A DNA stretch of 64,000 nucleotides, from IMG/VR virus record IMGVR_UViG_3300045988_163275, positions 32,001 through 96,000 of that record; one strand, 5' to 3'. Under the pieces are notes generated by a model. That model saw only the letters and a program-made list of their open reading frames with translations. It had not been told where the DNA came from and ran no database searches. The position numbers and the translations under genes were made by a program. How positions within the stretch are numbered: the stretch's first letter is position 1; each line of letters opens with the position of its first letter. The stretch is from a virus (Duplodnaviria; Heunggongvirae; Uroviricota; Caudoviricetes). Below, piece after piece: positions 48,151 through 57,640 of this stretch.

Positions 48151-51100
48151 TACTTATTTATCGTCTCCGCAATATCAGTCAGAATGGCCTCCAGTCGCTC
48201 TCCTTCTTCCGGTCGGAAGTAAAGGATATTCGGGTTAAATCCGTAGAAAACGGTCGCATCCAGCTCCGGCAGATACTCTTTGCGTCCAACCAGGTCGGAT
48301 GGTTTGCTCTTGTTGTTGAAGAGCGACGTCGCCCGGCTGCCACACGTCAGTACATAGGTCGGACGCACCAGATTGATCTCTTCACGCATAAAGTCGGTGA
48401 ACTGGCCGATCTCGTCTTTGGTGTAGTCCTTCTCTTTGTCCTTCACCTTTTTGCACACGCCGGTGACGTAGAGATCGCCCATACGCAGATCGCCGGCAGT
48501 AAGCAACTTCGCCTTAAAGTCGTCGTAGCCGTTCTCCATGAAGTAGCCGGTACGCCCATCATTGCCGTTCGCGTTGTCCAGAATGACCATGATTTTCGGC
48601 TTAATGCCAATGCTTGGGCGGATCAGGTCGTCTCCCAGACCCATTTCGGCCGCCATGCGAGTCATCAGTGCATTCACCTCGGCAGAGCGCTTAGGGTTCA
48701 TCTCGAACGGTCGAGAGGCTTTTACAGCGTCGATCACCAGATTGCCCATCAACTCTGCCTGGTCGCGCAGTCGTTCCGGATCTGTCGCTGGCAGACTGCC
48801 AGACTCAATCGATGCGAACGCACCGACTCTTTGCAGTGATTCGCGTACCCGGCTGTTACATGCACGCTTCTCGACCGCTTCCTCAAATTGCTCAAGTGAC
48901 TCGAATTTGCCGCCAACTTTCTCACGCGCTCTCATGATGGCCTGGCAACCATTCTCAGAGCAGCCTTTCACAGCAGAGAATGGTGCATACAGAACCTGAC
49001 TGCCGTCTTCCAGCGTGCGGATCTCAATTCGGTTAGATGACACGTTAACGTCTGGTGGCAATACGCGAATGCCATAGGTCAGCGCATCCTTAACCAGCCC
49101 CTGGTGCTTATCCTCGCCCAGAATGGTGAGCGCAGCAGCGAAGAACTCAGCAGGGTAATGTGTCTTTAACCACATAGACTGATAGCTGATTAAAGAATAA
49201 GCAACACTGTGTGATTTGTTGAAGGCATATCCACCGAACTTCTCAAAGGCGTCCCATATTTCTTGGGCTTTTTCCTTACTGAGACCTTCTTGTTCAGAGA
49301 CGATCTCCACGTAGTCTATGCCGTCACTAATAGCCTCGCTGTAGCTTCTACGCTTACCGTCTGAGCAATCCAATTTTGCGTGTTTGTGAACCTCTACAGT
49401 ACCTCCATTTTTGAGTGACAGTGTCACCCAGCCTGCTTGTGCTCGTTCTACAAAATCGCTGCCGATCGCTTTCATCTTATCCATGTTCTTTTTACCGATA
49501 GCGGAACGCAGAGCGTCTGCTTCGGCCATAGAGAACCCGGCAAGTACTCGGGAACTTTGCATGATTTGTTCCTGATAGAGCAAAACACCATTAGTCTCCC
49601 GGGTGACTTCCTCAAGACGCGGATGAATTGAATGTGGAGCCATGAAGCCTTTGGCCACGGAGACATAGTCGTCCAACATGCCGGATTGGATCGGGCCAGG
49701 TCGGAAGAGTGCGGTCGTGGCGACAACGGTTTTGAAGCTCATTGGCTCAATGCCACCGCCCAGATCTTTAAGCAGCTTGCGCATGGGGCCGGACTCCAGC
49801 TGGAATACGCCTTGCGTGTACCCTGCAGCGAACCCATCCAGAACCTTACGATCGTCCAGTGGAATAGCATCGAGATTGATGTCTTCCCCGGTACTCTCTT
49901 TGATGTAGCGTTTCGCGCTATCCAGCAGATCGAGCGTTGCCAGACCGAGAACGTCCAGCTTAATCAGCCCCATCGCCTCGCAGTAACGTTTATCGAACGC
50001 AATACAGCGAGCGTTGCCACGCAGCTCGACGGGCGTGCGCTCTACCAGTGGAACGCCAGCGACGATCATCCCCGCAGCGTGACGACCAAAACCACGCATC
50101 AGGCTTTGCAGCTTACACGCCGCTTTGAACGCTTCCGGGTTTTTCGTGGCGTATTTGTCCAGGCTGGCCAGTTGCTCGCGCAGCTCTTCCAGAGACAGGC
50201 TATCGTCTTCCAGATTCTTGAACTCTTTGGATACCGCCATATCCGCAGCGTCGACACCGTAAATACGCGCAGTGTCTCGCAGCGCAGAAGCGGCGCCCAG
50301 ATAGGTGAAGTTTGGAATACCGGCAACGTAATCTTCGCCATAGCGTTCATTCAGATACTCGATCACCTCATGACGACGTGCCTGGCTGAAGTCCAGATCC
50401 GCATCCGGTAAGTCAAGACGTTCAGGGTTGATGAAACGCTCAAACAGAAGACCGTGACGGATAGGATCGACGTTGGTTATGCCTATGCACCACGCTACCA
50501 GAGAACCCGCTGACGAACCACGCCCTGGCCCAACCGGTATTCCTGTTTCACGGCTGTGATTCATCAGATCGCGTACCATCAGGAAGTAGCCACAGAAGCC
50601 CAGACGGGTCAGTGTGTCCATTTCGTACTTCAGTCGCTCAACATACACTCGGTGCTCAGAAGCCGGTGGTGTGTAGCCAAACTCTTTAGTAGTTAGACGC
50701 TTGCGTAGCCCCGCGACAGCCAGCTTCAGCAGCGTTGCAGGCTCGTCGTCTGCCATCTTGGGCAGTGCTGGTGGCAGTTCATGCCAGCGCCATGTGCAGG
50801 CTTCAATAATGGTGTCCTGCGTTGTTGAGGCCATTGCAGCTGTTACCGGTACGCCCATGCGAACGGAGAAGGCCTTCAGCGCTTCAAGGAGATGGCGACG
50901 ACCATTAACAGCGTTATCTCGCTGGTGGGGGATGCGCAGACGATGCGGCTGGTCGATTTTGATGTTGTTCGTAACCATGTGCGCAATGTCTTTAATGTCA
51001 GCGTCGTCGATCGCTTCGTAATAAGCGGGATAGAACGCCACTGGCTCTATTTTCAGTGCGCTCGCCACTTTCATCGCCCGGACGTTAATCTGGTCGTAGA

Positions 51101-51656
51101 ATGGGGTAGGGTGCGGATAAACCACGCTGTAGAAGTTATCGCGACCGCCAGCTGTGACCAGCGTACCGATAATTTTTGCGAAGTCCCGGCGCTGGAATAC
51201 ACTGCCAATGTCGGACGTCAGCAGGATGATGTTGCCTTTGGCATATGCGGCTGCCAGCTGCTCAAGCGCCAGACGCGGGACAAAGTAGAATTGCTCGCGC
51301 TTGTTCGCTAAGGTCATCAGTTCGCACACGTCGCGATAACCTTGTTCATTCTTTATCAGTGCCGTGAAGCAGTAGCTGCGATCACGAACTAATGATTCCA
51401 TACATCTTCCTGACTCTTTCGCCAAGCGAGCGCGGTGCTCGTATGTCGGATCGTCGACAACATTCAGCTTAACGCCACAAATTACCGACATGTCGTCGCC
51501 AGCGGCACGTTGCAGAGGGATTACACTGGCAATATTCATGCTGTCGGCGGAAATGACAGCGGTGTAGCCAGCGTCTCTCGCGATTTTCACCGCGTTTTCT
51601 GCTTTTAGAGCTGACTCTCCCAGGGAGAAGTCAGTTCTGACCATCAGAGCCTTCAT
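48150..51656 (-). CDS. dnaE: DNA polymerase III alpha (DnaE)-like replicative polymerase
   Basis: N-terminal PHP-like region; GYFLMVRDLMNHSRETGIPVGPGRGSSAGSLVAWCIGITNVDPIRHGLLFERFINPERLDLPDADLDF matches DnaE palm block; 1168 aa. Confidence 0.9.
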   Translation of the reverse strand: MKALMVRTDFSLGESALKAENAVKIARDAGYTAVISADSMNIASVIPLQRAAGDDMSVICGVKLNVVDDPTYEHRARLAKESGRCMESLVRDRSYCFTALIKNEQGYRDVCELMTLANKREQFYFVPRLALEQLAAAYAKGNIILLTSDIGSVFQRRDFAKIIGTLVTAGGRDNFYSVVYPHPTPFYDQINVRAMKVASALKIEPVAFYPAYYEAIDDADIKDIAHMVTNNIKIDQPHRLRIPHQRDNAVNGRRHLLEALKAFSVRMGVPVTAAMASTTQDTIIEACTWRWHELPPALPKMADDEPATLLKLAVAGLRKRLTTKEFGYTPPASEHRVYVERLKYEMDTLTRLGFCGYFLMVRDLMNHSRETGIPVGPGRGSSAGSLVAWCIGITNVDPIRHGLLFERFINPERLDLPDADLDFSQARRHEVIEYLNERYGEDYVAGIPNFTYLGAASALRDTARIYGVDAADMAVSKEFKNLEDDSLSLEELREQLASLDKYATKNPEAFKAACKLQSLMRGFGRHAAGMIVAGVPLVERTPVELRGNARCIAFDKRYCEAMGLIKLDVLGLATLDLLDSAKRYIKESTGEDINLDAIPLDDRKVLDGFAAGYTQGVFQLESGPMRKLLKDLGGGIEPMSFKTVVATTALFRPGPIQSGMLDDYVSVAKGFMAPHSIHPRLEEVTRETNGVLLYQEQIMQSSRVLAGFSMAEADALRSAIGKKNMDKMKAIGSDFVERAQAGWVTLSLKNGGTVEVHKHAKLDCSDGKRRSYSEAISDGIDYVEIVSEQEGLSKEKAQEIWDAFEKFGGYAFNKSHSVAYSLISYQSMWLKTHYPAEFFAAALTILGEDKHQGLVKDALTYGIRVLPPDVNVSSNRIEIRTLEDGSQVLYAPFSAVKGCSENGCQAIMRAREKVGGKFESLEQFEEAVEKRACNSRVRESLQRVGAFASIESGSLPATDPERLRDQAELMGNLVIDAVKASRPFEMNPKRSAEVNALMTRMAAEMGLGDDLIRPSIGIKPKIMVILDNANGNDGRTGYFMENGYDDFKAKLLTAGDLRMGDLYVTGVCKKVKDKEKDYTKDEIGQFTDFMREEINLVRPTYVLTCGSRATSLFNNKSKPSDLVGRKEYLPELDATVFYGFNPNILYFRPEEGERLEAILTDIAETINK

Positions 51657-51834
51657 GTGCTTTTACCTTTCTGGTTTTCTTGATTTTATCATTGGGGAAG
51701 CCAACGAACTTCCCATACATCGAAATCGCAACCTCTTTGGCTGACTGGTGGCACTCGGGTCTATCCGGACATGCCAAACAAGCACTGCCAGTTTCAGACG
51801 CTGCGATAAGAGAGCCGAAACATCCTTTACGCAC
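51631..51834 (-). CDS. hypothetical small Cys-containing protein (67 aa)
   Basis: GTG start 3 nt after upstream stop; overlaps dnaE start. Confidence 0.25.
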   Translation of the reverse strand: MRKGCFGSLIAASETGSACLACPDRPECHQSAKEVAISMYGKFVGFPNDKIKKTRKVKAHEGSDGQN

Positions 51835-51836
51835 GA

Positions 51837-53072
51837 TTAACCAAAGATCTTCTGAACCACTTCACGCGCTGCCTGTGCAGACGTGGATGGAAGTTTATTG
51901 ATAAACGACTTTTCGATGCCGGCAGAGAAATCACCGCGCATCATTCCGATTTTGGCGGACAGCAGCAGCTCACGAGGCCCGATTGGCTGGCTAATCTGAT
52001 GCTTTTCATAACCTTCACGGATAAGATTCGCGAACTTCACCATCTTCTCGGCGTATTCGCGGATGACGCCTGCTTCAGCCAGCATGTTGACTTCTGCCTT
52101 CGTACTCATGTACTTCACGTTTGAAACAATGCCAAAACGCGAGAAGTTCGCTGCGTTCTGGATGTTTGTGCCTTGATAGAGACCTGTTTCGTCGCCAGAG
52201 CCGTTAGTGTTGCCAGTGCCAATGAAGGCAAAGCGTTTATGCGGGGTGATGCGGCGCCAGTCCGCAGTTGCCTCTTTGATGATCAGCGGCTCTCCTTCAA
52301 GAACTGGCTGATACACACCCAGAATCTGCGGGAACGCGAAGTCATATTCATCAGCGAGGTAAACCCAACCATTTTTCATCGCCAGCGCTAGTAAACCCGG
52401 TTCGAAATAGGTGGAACCATCGCGAGCGAGGATCTGGCCTGTAACGTGCGCTTCCTCCATAGACGCCGTATGCTGGGCGCGGATCAGTGGTCGATTTAGC
52501 AGGGCACATAGCTGCGTAGGAAGAGAAGATTTACCGGTTCCTGCATGGCCCCAGAGATAACCCGGGATTCCGATTTCCAGCATCATAAAGATGTCTTTGA
52601 TCAGGTCGAAGTCGCCATACACATAGTTTTTCTTCGCTTCCGGTACGAACTCCGGATAGGGCGTGTTGACGTTGACTGTCACCTGTAGTGGCTTTCCGCG
52701 TGGCGTTCCCAGCTCTTTGATCGTTACGCCAAGCAGCTCGTGCGCGGCCACCAGTTCGGTCTTGTATTCGACCGTTCCTGCGTAGCCCGGATGTGCGCTA
52801 ATCTCCGCTACTTTTCCTTCGCCTGAATGCTTTTCGGCACGCTTCTCATTGAGTTTGGCCAGTGCCGTGCGAGAGATCGTTGGTTCATCTGGAAACGCAG
52901 AGGTGTACATCTTCACCACTTCGTCCACGTCCAGACCCTTCGCAGACTCAGGAATATTCTCGCAACGGCCCATAGAGATATGGGATTTCAGGTAATGAAA
53001 GGATTTGCCACACCACTTGCAGACGATGGCTTCCGGCAAATGTTCTTCTTGCTGTAGTGCAGTAGCGGTCAT
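51837..53072 (-). CDS. AAA+ ATPase (MoxR/CobS-like) with N-terminal zinc finger
   Basis: CKWCGKSF ... GRCEN; Walker A GHAGTGKSS; Walker B YLADEYDF; AAGGAAAA SD. Confidence 0.7.
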   Translation of the reverse strand: MTATALQQEEHLPEAIVCKWCGKSFHYLKSHISMGRCENIPESAKGLDVDEVVKMYTSAFPDEPTISRTALAKLNEKRAEKHSGEGKVAEISAHPGYAGTVEYKTELVAAHELLGVTIKELGTPRGKPLQVTVNVNTPYPEFVPEAKKNYVYGDFDLIKDIFMMLEIGIPGYLWGHAGTGKSSLPTQLCALLNRPLIRAQHTASMEEAHVTGQILARDGSTYFEPGLLALAMKNGWVYLADEYDFAFPQILGVYQPVLEGEPLIIKEATADWRRITPHKRFAFIGTGNTNGSGDETGLYQGTNIQNAANFSRFGIVSNVKYMSTKAEVNMLAEAGVIREYAEKMVKFANLIREGYEKHQISQPIGPRELLLSAKIGMMRGDFSAGIEKSFINKLPSTSAQAAREVVQKIFG

Positions 53073-53131
53073 GTTTTTTCCTTACTGTTTGTCGTTTGTG
53101 GGGTATATCTTATAGAAATATATTAGGCTGT

Positions 53132-53150
53132 ATAGTAAGTAGTTACTTAT
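53132..53150. promoter_or_regulatory. palindromic motif B copy
   Basis: ATAGTAAGTAGTTACTTAT upstream of the AAA+ gene. Confidence 0.45.
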
Positions 53151-53167
53151 TTTTAAGGGTAAAGCTA

Positions 53168-55399
53168 TTACCAAAGAATGATACGAGATAACTCAGTGAC
53201 GACTGACGGCCCTAACTCTTCAACACTGTTAACCAGTGCGTAATTTTTGTAGTAACGCCGTGGTTCGTCGGTCAGAATGCCGATAGCCATCAGTTCGATG
53301 TCGCTCAAGGTCTCAATTTCTTTGGTGACGGTTCGTAAATGCTGATGGAATCCACTACCTGTAGCACATGGCTCCCCATCACTCATAACCAGCATGATCT
53401 TTTTGTCCTCCATTCGCCCTGCAAACAGGGTAGCCAGTTGCGCGACACTCTCACCATCGACGTTATTGAGCAGGGGGAACGTCTCACATACGCATCCCAT
53501 GCGAGCACGGATCTCTGGAGAGTTTGCTTTCTCATTCCAGTTTTTGATAATGGGCAGCATGAGCGCCTCGAAGCGTGTAAACCCGCGCTTCGACCTGGTT
53601 TCATAATCTGGGCTACCGAACGTGGTAAAGCCGGTGATGATGTTGGGGACATTGATACGATCTAAAGCATCCGCAATGGTATAGGCACTGGCTAGGGCCA
53701 GTTGAATCTTCACGCCATCCATTGAGCCGGACAAGTCGATGACCTGCTGGACACACGCATTCACCGCTCTATGGTCTTCCTTCTTGCGGAACACTCGGTC
53801 GTCGTTCATTGCCAGACGATACAGGCTCGCGCCATGTATCCGCCCACGCCTCTGACCAGGTATAAACTGAACTCGGTTGCGGCTGGCGATGGCCCGCTCC
53901 AGGTCTTTGGCCAGCGTCGAAGAAACGCCTGCAGACAGATGTTTTTCGATTTTCAGTTCAAAGAGTTTTCTGCCTTCTGGCACCATACGGTAGCGGTCGA
54001 CTGGTGAGTGCATTGGTATTGCACCGAACGTCTTTCTGGTGCGCTTCACATGCTCTTCGGCTCCATCAATCAACCCGATAAAGTCGTATGATCGATCGTA
54101 TGGCCGATAATCAGAAGGTGAGACGCTCATAAGCTCTTTGCTGATGGTGGCCGACAGTGCGTCTTCGGTCATTTCACCGATTCCGTCTTCCATCTCGTCG
54201 AGCGCCTTTAGCGCCTCCTCCAGAGTCATTTCATCCGGCGCAGGAACAAAGCCAGACTCACTGTCTTTGGGCACTTCCGCACCATCTTTATTTTTTTTGC
54301 CTTCGACGTCTTCTTCTTCAGTTTCCCCACGATCAGTATCGGAGTCCTCACCGCCATCACCATCGGTGTCAGAGTCACTTGATTTCATGCCGATAGCATC
54401 GGATTCTGGGGTGTCTCCTGACTCTTCGTGGCCTGCTTCTGTATATTTACTTTCTGTATCACTAATATCTTTAACGTGTGTAGGTAAGTCCTTATCTAAC
54501 GAATCAGGCAAATCGGAATCCCCAGAATCTTCCTCTTCTGATGCATCATCTTCTCGTTCTTCCTTGTCATCGCCTTCGCCTTTGGCAGGCTTAGATGCAG
54601 AGTCACCATGAGATGGCTCGTCACCTGATTCTGGCGTTTCCTCGGACTCGTCTTTGCTCTCCGACGGATTTCTGGCAGATGATTTAAGTTCTGGTAATTT
54701 GCCCTCTGGCTTGTCTTTCATATCCTGCATGATTTGGGCTATAGCAGCAGCGACCTTCACGCAATCCTCAGTGTTCGACATATTGCGAACGGCCACGTCT
54801 ATACCATGCTCCTTTAGTAAGGCTACCGGCCTCTCGATAAGGCGCCAGTGTTCTTCCATAAAATCGATGAAGGGGCTTTGTCCATCCCAGGCGCGGACGA
54901 CCGGGCAAAGGAAGAATTTCAAAAACAATTCACGCTGGTCTCCGTGACAGGCTAAAACCGCTTCTGGTACTTTATTCCTGAAGTATTTGTCGATAACCAG
55001 ACTCTGTGTTGCAAGTAAATTACGCCGGGTTCCGTTAAAGACCTGCCCCATTCTGCGTTCAATAAAAACGTCTTCCAGCGCATTCCAAAGCCCCGTAGAC
55101 GGAGCCTTTCCTCTTTCGCGCATCTGCATTGCGACTTTCGGTTCAGTAAAGAGAATATGGGCCACCTCATGGTCGAGAAAACCACGCACTGCGTTCATGA
55201 GGGTTGGCGACGCGTCGTCCGGTATAGATGGGATGTTTACCAGCACTGGTTCGCCGCGCCGGTTATAGCGGACATATGCTTCATTGCCTCGTTCTGCAAC
55301 AGGTATCTGTTTACCTGAAAGCATCGCTACAACTCGTTTTACACAGTCGCGAAAATCCTGCACCTCTTTCAGTACAGCTTTGGTGGTTTTTTTGGACAT
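53168..55399 (-). CDS. von Willebrand factor A (vWA) domain protein with acidic low-complexity linker
   Basis: C-terminal MIDAS DLSGSMDG and LVMSDGEP; central D/E/S-rich region; ATG 55397-55399 with AAGGGAA SD (track ORF extends to 55468). Confidence 0.7.
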   Translation of the reverse strand: MSKKTTKAVLKEVQDFRDCVKRVVAMLSGKQIPVAERGNEAYVRYNRRGEPVLVNIPSIPDDASPTLMNAVRGFLDHEVAHILFTEPKVAMQMRERGKAPSTGLWNALEDVFIERRMGQVFNGTRRNLLATQSLVIDKYFRNKVPEAVLACHGDQRELFLKFFLCPVVRAWDGQSPFIDFMEEHWRLIERPVALLKEHGIDVAVRNMSNTEDCVKVAAAIAQIMQDMKDKPEGKLPELKSSARNPSESKDESEETPESGDEPSHGDSASKPAKGEGDDKEEREDDASEEEDSGDSDLPDSLDKDLPTHVKDISDTESKYTEAGHEESGDTPESDAIGMKSSDSDTDGDGGEDSDTDRGETEEEDVEGKKNKDGAEVPKDSESGFVPAPDEMTLEEALKALDEMEDGIGEMTEDALSATISKELMSVSPSDYRPYDRSYDFIGLIDGAEEHVKRTRKTFGAIPMHSPVDRYRMVPEGRKLFELKIEKHLSAGVSSTLAKDLERAIASRNRVQFIPGQRRGRIHGASLYRLAMNDDRVFRKKEDHRAVNACVQQVIDLSGSMDGVKIQLALASAYTIADALDRINVPNIITGFTTFGSPDYETRSKRGFTRFEALMLPIIKNWNEKANSPEIRARMGCVCETFPLLNNVDGESVAQLATLFAGRMEDKKIMLVMSDGEPCATGSGFHQHLRTVTKEIETLSDIELMAIGILTDEPRRYYKNYALVNSVEELGPSVVTELSRIILW

Positions 55400-55426
55400 T
55401 AGAATTCCCTTGTTGTTAAAACAATT

Positions 55427-55460
55427 TGTTTTCTGATGTGCGTAATTTATCACTGTACGA
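55427..55460 (-). promoter_or_regulatory. leader motif A copy
   Basis: TAAAACAATTTGTTTTCTGATGTGCGTAATTTATC upstream of 55399. Confidence 0.5.
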
Positions 55461-55511
55461 ACAGGCATCTAATCTGTTCGTACAGGCGCTAGAGAGGATG
55501 GGAGGGGGGTG

Positions 55512-55724
55512 TTAAATTGTGCGGACGGCTACTGAACCGCAGCCGGTATTGATGAGAGTGAAGCACTTGCCCTTTAGCTCAAAGATGTATGCGGTTGCGT
55601 CTTTCATGCCAAGTAACAAAGACTTTGTTGGCAGTTCAGTGAGTATGGCTGCTGCCCCGTCAGCGTCAATTGAAACCGTATGTCCGACCTTAAGGGCGAT
55701 CAAATTAGAAGTTATTTTTTTCAT
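55512..55724 (-). CDS. hypothetical protein (70 aa)
   Basis: ATG 55722-55724; weak SD. Confidence 0.35.
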   Translation of the reverse strand: MKKITSNLIALKVGHTVSIDADGAAAILTELPTKSLLLGMKDATAYIFELKGKCFTLINTGCGSVAVRTI

Positions 55725-55932
55725 TTCATATCATCCAACTGAACACGTAAATGCCTTGCAATACTACTACCTATTGTATCAATACGGAATACTTATATAT
55801 CAAATACAACTTAGTTTTAAGTTCTTAAATGAGTTGTTTTTTAGATAGTTGTCTATTAATGAAGCCTTTTGCGGTCAATAACTCTACGAAAAAAAATAGA
55901 TAAGTCTTTACAACACTAACCTTTGATGTAAT

Positions 55933-55952
55933 ATCAGTAAGCACTTACCATA
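55933..55952. promoter_or_regulatory. palindromic motif B copy upstream of XRE regulator gene
   Basis: ATCAGTAAGCACTTACCATA ~30 nt upstream of ATG 55981. Confidence 0.5.
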
Positions 55953-55980
55953 TAAAATCAAAACACGCAGGTTGATAATT

Positions 55981-56370
55981 ATGGCTACCAACGAAATAAC
56001 AGAAGCTAAAGTAGGTCGCTATGCTGCTTACATTGACGCTTTAATCGCGATTTCTCCGAAAAGCCAGGCGACCATCGCGAAAGAAGCAGGCTATAAAAAT
56101 CCTAACAATCTTTCACTTATCAAGAGCGGCAAAATCCCGCTTCCGATCGACAAGGTCAGAGCGTTGGCTAAAGCATTGGATGCCGATTCGGTCCGATTGA
56201 TGCTAATGGTGCTGGAAGAGCGTCATCCAGAGCTGTTAGCGTTTTTTCGCGACGAAGGCACAGCCCCTCTGACTAAAGATGAAAAACTAGTTCTGGAAGC
56301 CTTCCGTCGACGTTTCGGTGACCAACGTGGTGCGTCGGAGCGGGTTGTTGAGGCAATCAAGTCGCTATGA
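55981..56370 (+). CDS. XRE-family helix-turn-helix transcriptional regulator (candidate repressor)
   Basis: SQATIAKEAGYKNPNNLSLIKSGKIPLPIDKVRALAKAL; divergent from lytic-type operon, convergent with recombinase. Confidence 0.55.
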   Translation: MATNEITEAKVGRYAAYIDALIAISPKSQATIAKEAGYKNPNNLSLIKSGKIPLPIDKVRALAKALDADSVRLMLMVLEERHPELLAFFRDEGTAPLTKDEKLVLEAFRRRFGDQRGASERVVEAIKSL

Positions 56371-57468
56371 GAAATTTACACGGATTAGCTCAGTAGCGAG
56401 TCGATCTCCCTTGAACTTATGATCTATCTCCTCTAAATCCTGTTTCTCTACGATTGATGCGATGTACGCCGAAAAACTGTTTAAGGCGTCTCGCATCTCG
56501 TCTATATAATCGTGTCGATCGTATACTCGATCTATCCCCTCAAGACTGTGGTTCATAATTTTGCGGGATACCTCCTGACTTATGCCTAACGCGGGGAAGT
56601 AACTACGCGCAGTACGACGCAAATCTCGGGGGGTAAATGGCTCAAGCTCCATCAACTCTGGACGTTCTAAAATCCTTCTCAACGCCTGTGATATGGCCAC
56701 CTTAGACATTGGCACATCCTCACCCTGTTTCTTGTTTGAAGGAACAAGCCACTGGCTGCCTTTTCCGTATTTGATCAGCTCCTCAACACATTTGCGCATT
56801 AGCGGGCTTAATGGTAACGAGTGCTGGCGAGCCGATTTATTCCTCGTTCCTTGATTCCATAAATTATATTCGAGGTTGAATTCTGATCTTTTAGCTCGGA
56901 GCACTTCATCTGGTCGTCTGGCCGCTACAAGGCATAATCTGGCCGCCCACTTTGTACCCTCACATACGTTGAAGTAGTCCCATACATTCCAAAAGACCCA
57001 GACCTCTGCGTCGGTCAGTTTGCGCTCGCGCGGCGTGGGCTTCGCGCCACCGGCTACTCTGTTAAGCGACATATCGTTCAATGGGGATGTATCAATTAAG
57101 CCCTGAAATGCACACCAACTGAGAAACTGCTTCATCAGCGAGAACACACGTCTGCCCTGGACGATCTTACCTTCCAGTATCAGTGGGTTCACCAGCTGGT
57201 TGACCAAGACCCTACTTATATCACTTACCTTTACATCAGAGATATGCGGCATTACATGTATCAAAACACAATGAACGGCTATTTCAGGTCGACGCCTCGT
57301 TATCAGTAAAGATAAGCGAGTGAATAACATGAAGGCAGAAGAAAACGACATGTCTCCGTCGAATTTGGCGGTCGACACTGCCGACAAACCGGAAGCGCGT
57401 TCGAGGTACTCGATGGCTTCCCGAGAGGTATTTTCTGCTGCGCGTGCTTTATCAAAGGTGTTTTTCAT
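56365..57468 (-). CDS. tyrosine site-specific recombinase / integrase
   Basis: FTPRDLRRTARSYF and VYDRHDY C-terminal catalytic-region motifs; 367 aa. Confidence 0.8.
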   Translation of the reverse strand: MKNTFDKARAAENTSREAIEYLERASGLSAVSTAKFDGDMSFSSAFMLFTRLSLLITRRRPEIAVHCVLIHVMPHISDVKVSDISRVLVNQLVNPLILEGKIVQGRRVFSLMKQFLSWCAFQGLIDTSPLNDMSLNRVAGGAKPTPRERKLTDAEVWVFWNVWDYFNVCEGTKWAARLCLVAARRPDEVLRAKRSEFNLEYNLWNQGTRNKSARQHSLPLSPLMRKCVEELIKYGKGSQWLVPSNKKQGEDVPMSKVAISQALRRILERPELMELEPFTPRDLRRTARSYFPALGISQEVSRKIMNHSLEGIDRVYDRHDYIDEMRDALNSFSAYIASIVEKQDLEEIDHKFKGDRLATELIRVNFS

Positions 57469-57493
57469 CGTCCACTCACTGAGTGAAGCCTTT

Positions 57494-57513
57494 TACTGTA
57501 TATATAAACAGTA
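57494..57513. promoter_or_regulatory. LexA (SOS) box
   Basis: TACTGTATATATAAACAGTA = CTGT-N8-ACAG with AT-rich spacer, ~26 bp upstream of recombinase ATG. Confidence 0.65.
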
Positions 57514-57640
57514 TATTAGGCATAAGTTTTTGTATGATCAACCATAAAATAGCCTGTTTTATACAATGATTCCATACTTAATAGGTATGGAATCATTTAA
57601 GGACGGAAATTTAAATTCTGAGATTTTATTAGCGTGATTG

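Noticed and set aside
48057-50411. Plus-strand ORFs 48057..48839 and 49632..50411 inside dnaE
   Set aside because: Antisense to the DnaE-type polymerase gene, whose conserved motifs fix the coding strand.
56365-57252. Shorter recombinase start at the internal Met (MPHISDV...)
   Set aside because: No Shine-Dalgarno sequence precedes it, whereas the upstream ATG at 57466-57468 sits just downstream of the LexA box; the longer form is kept with moderate confidence.
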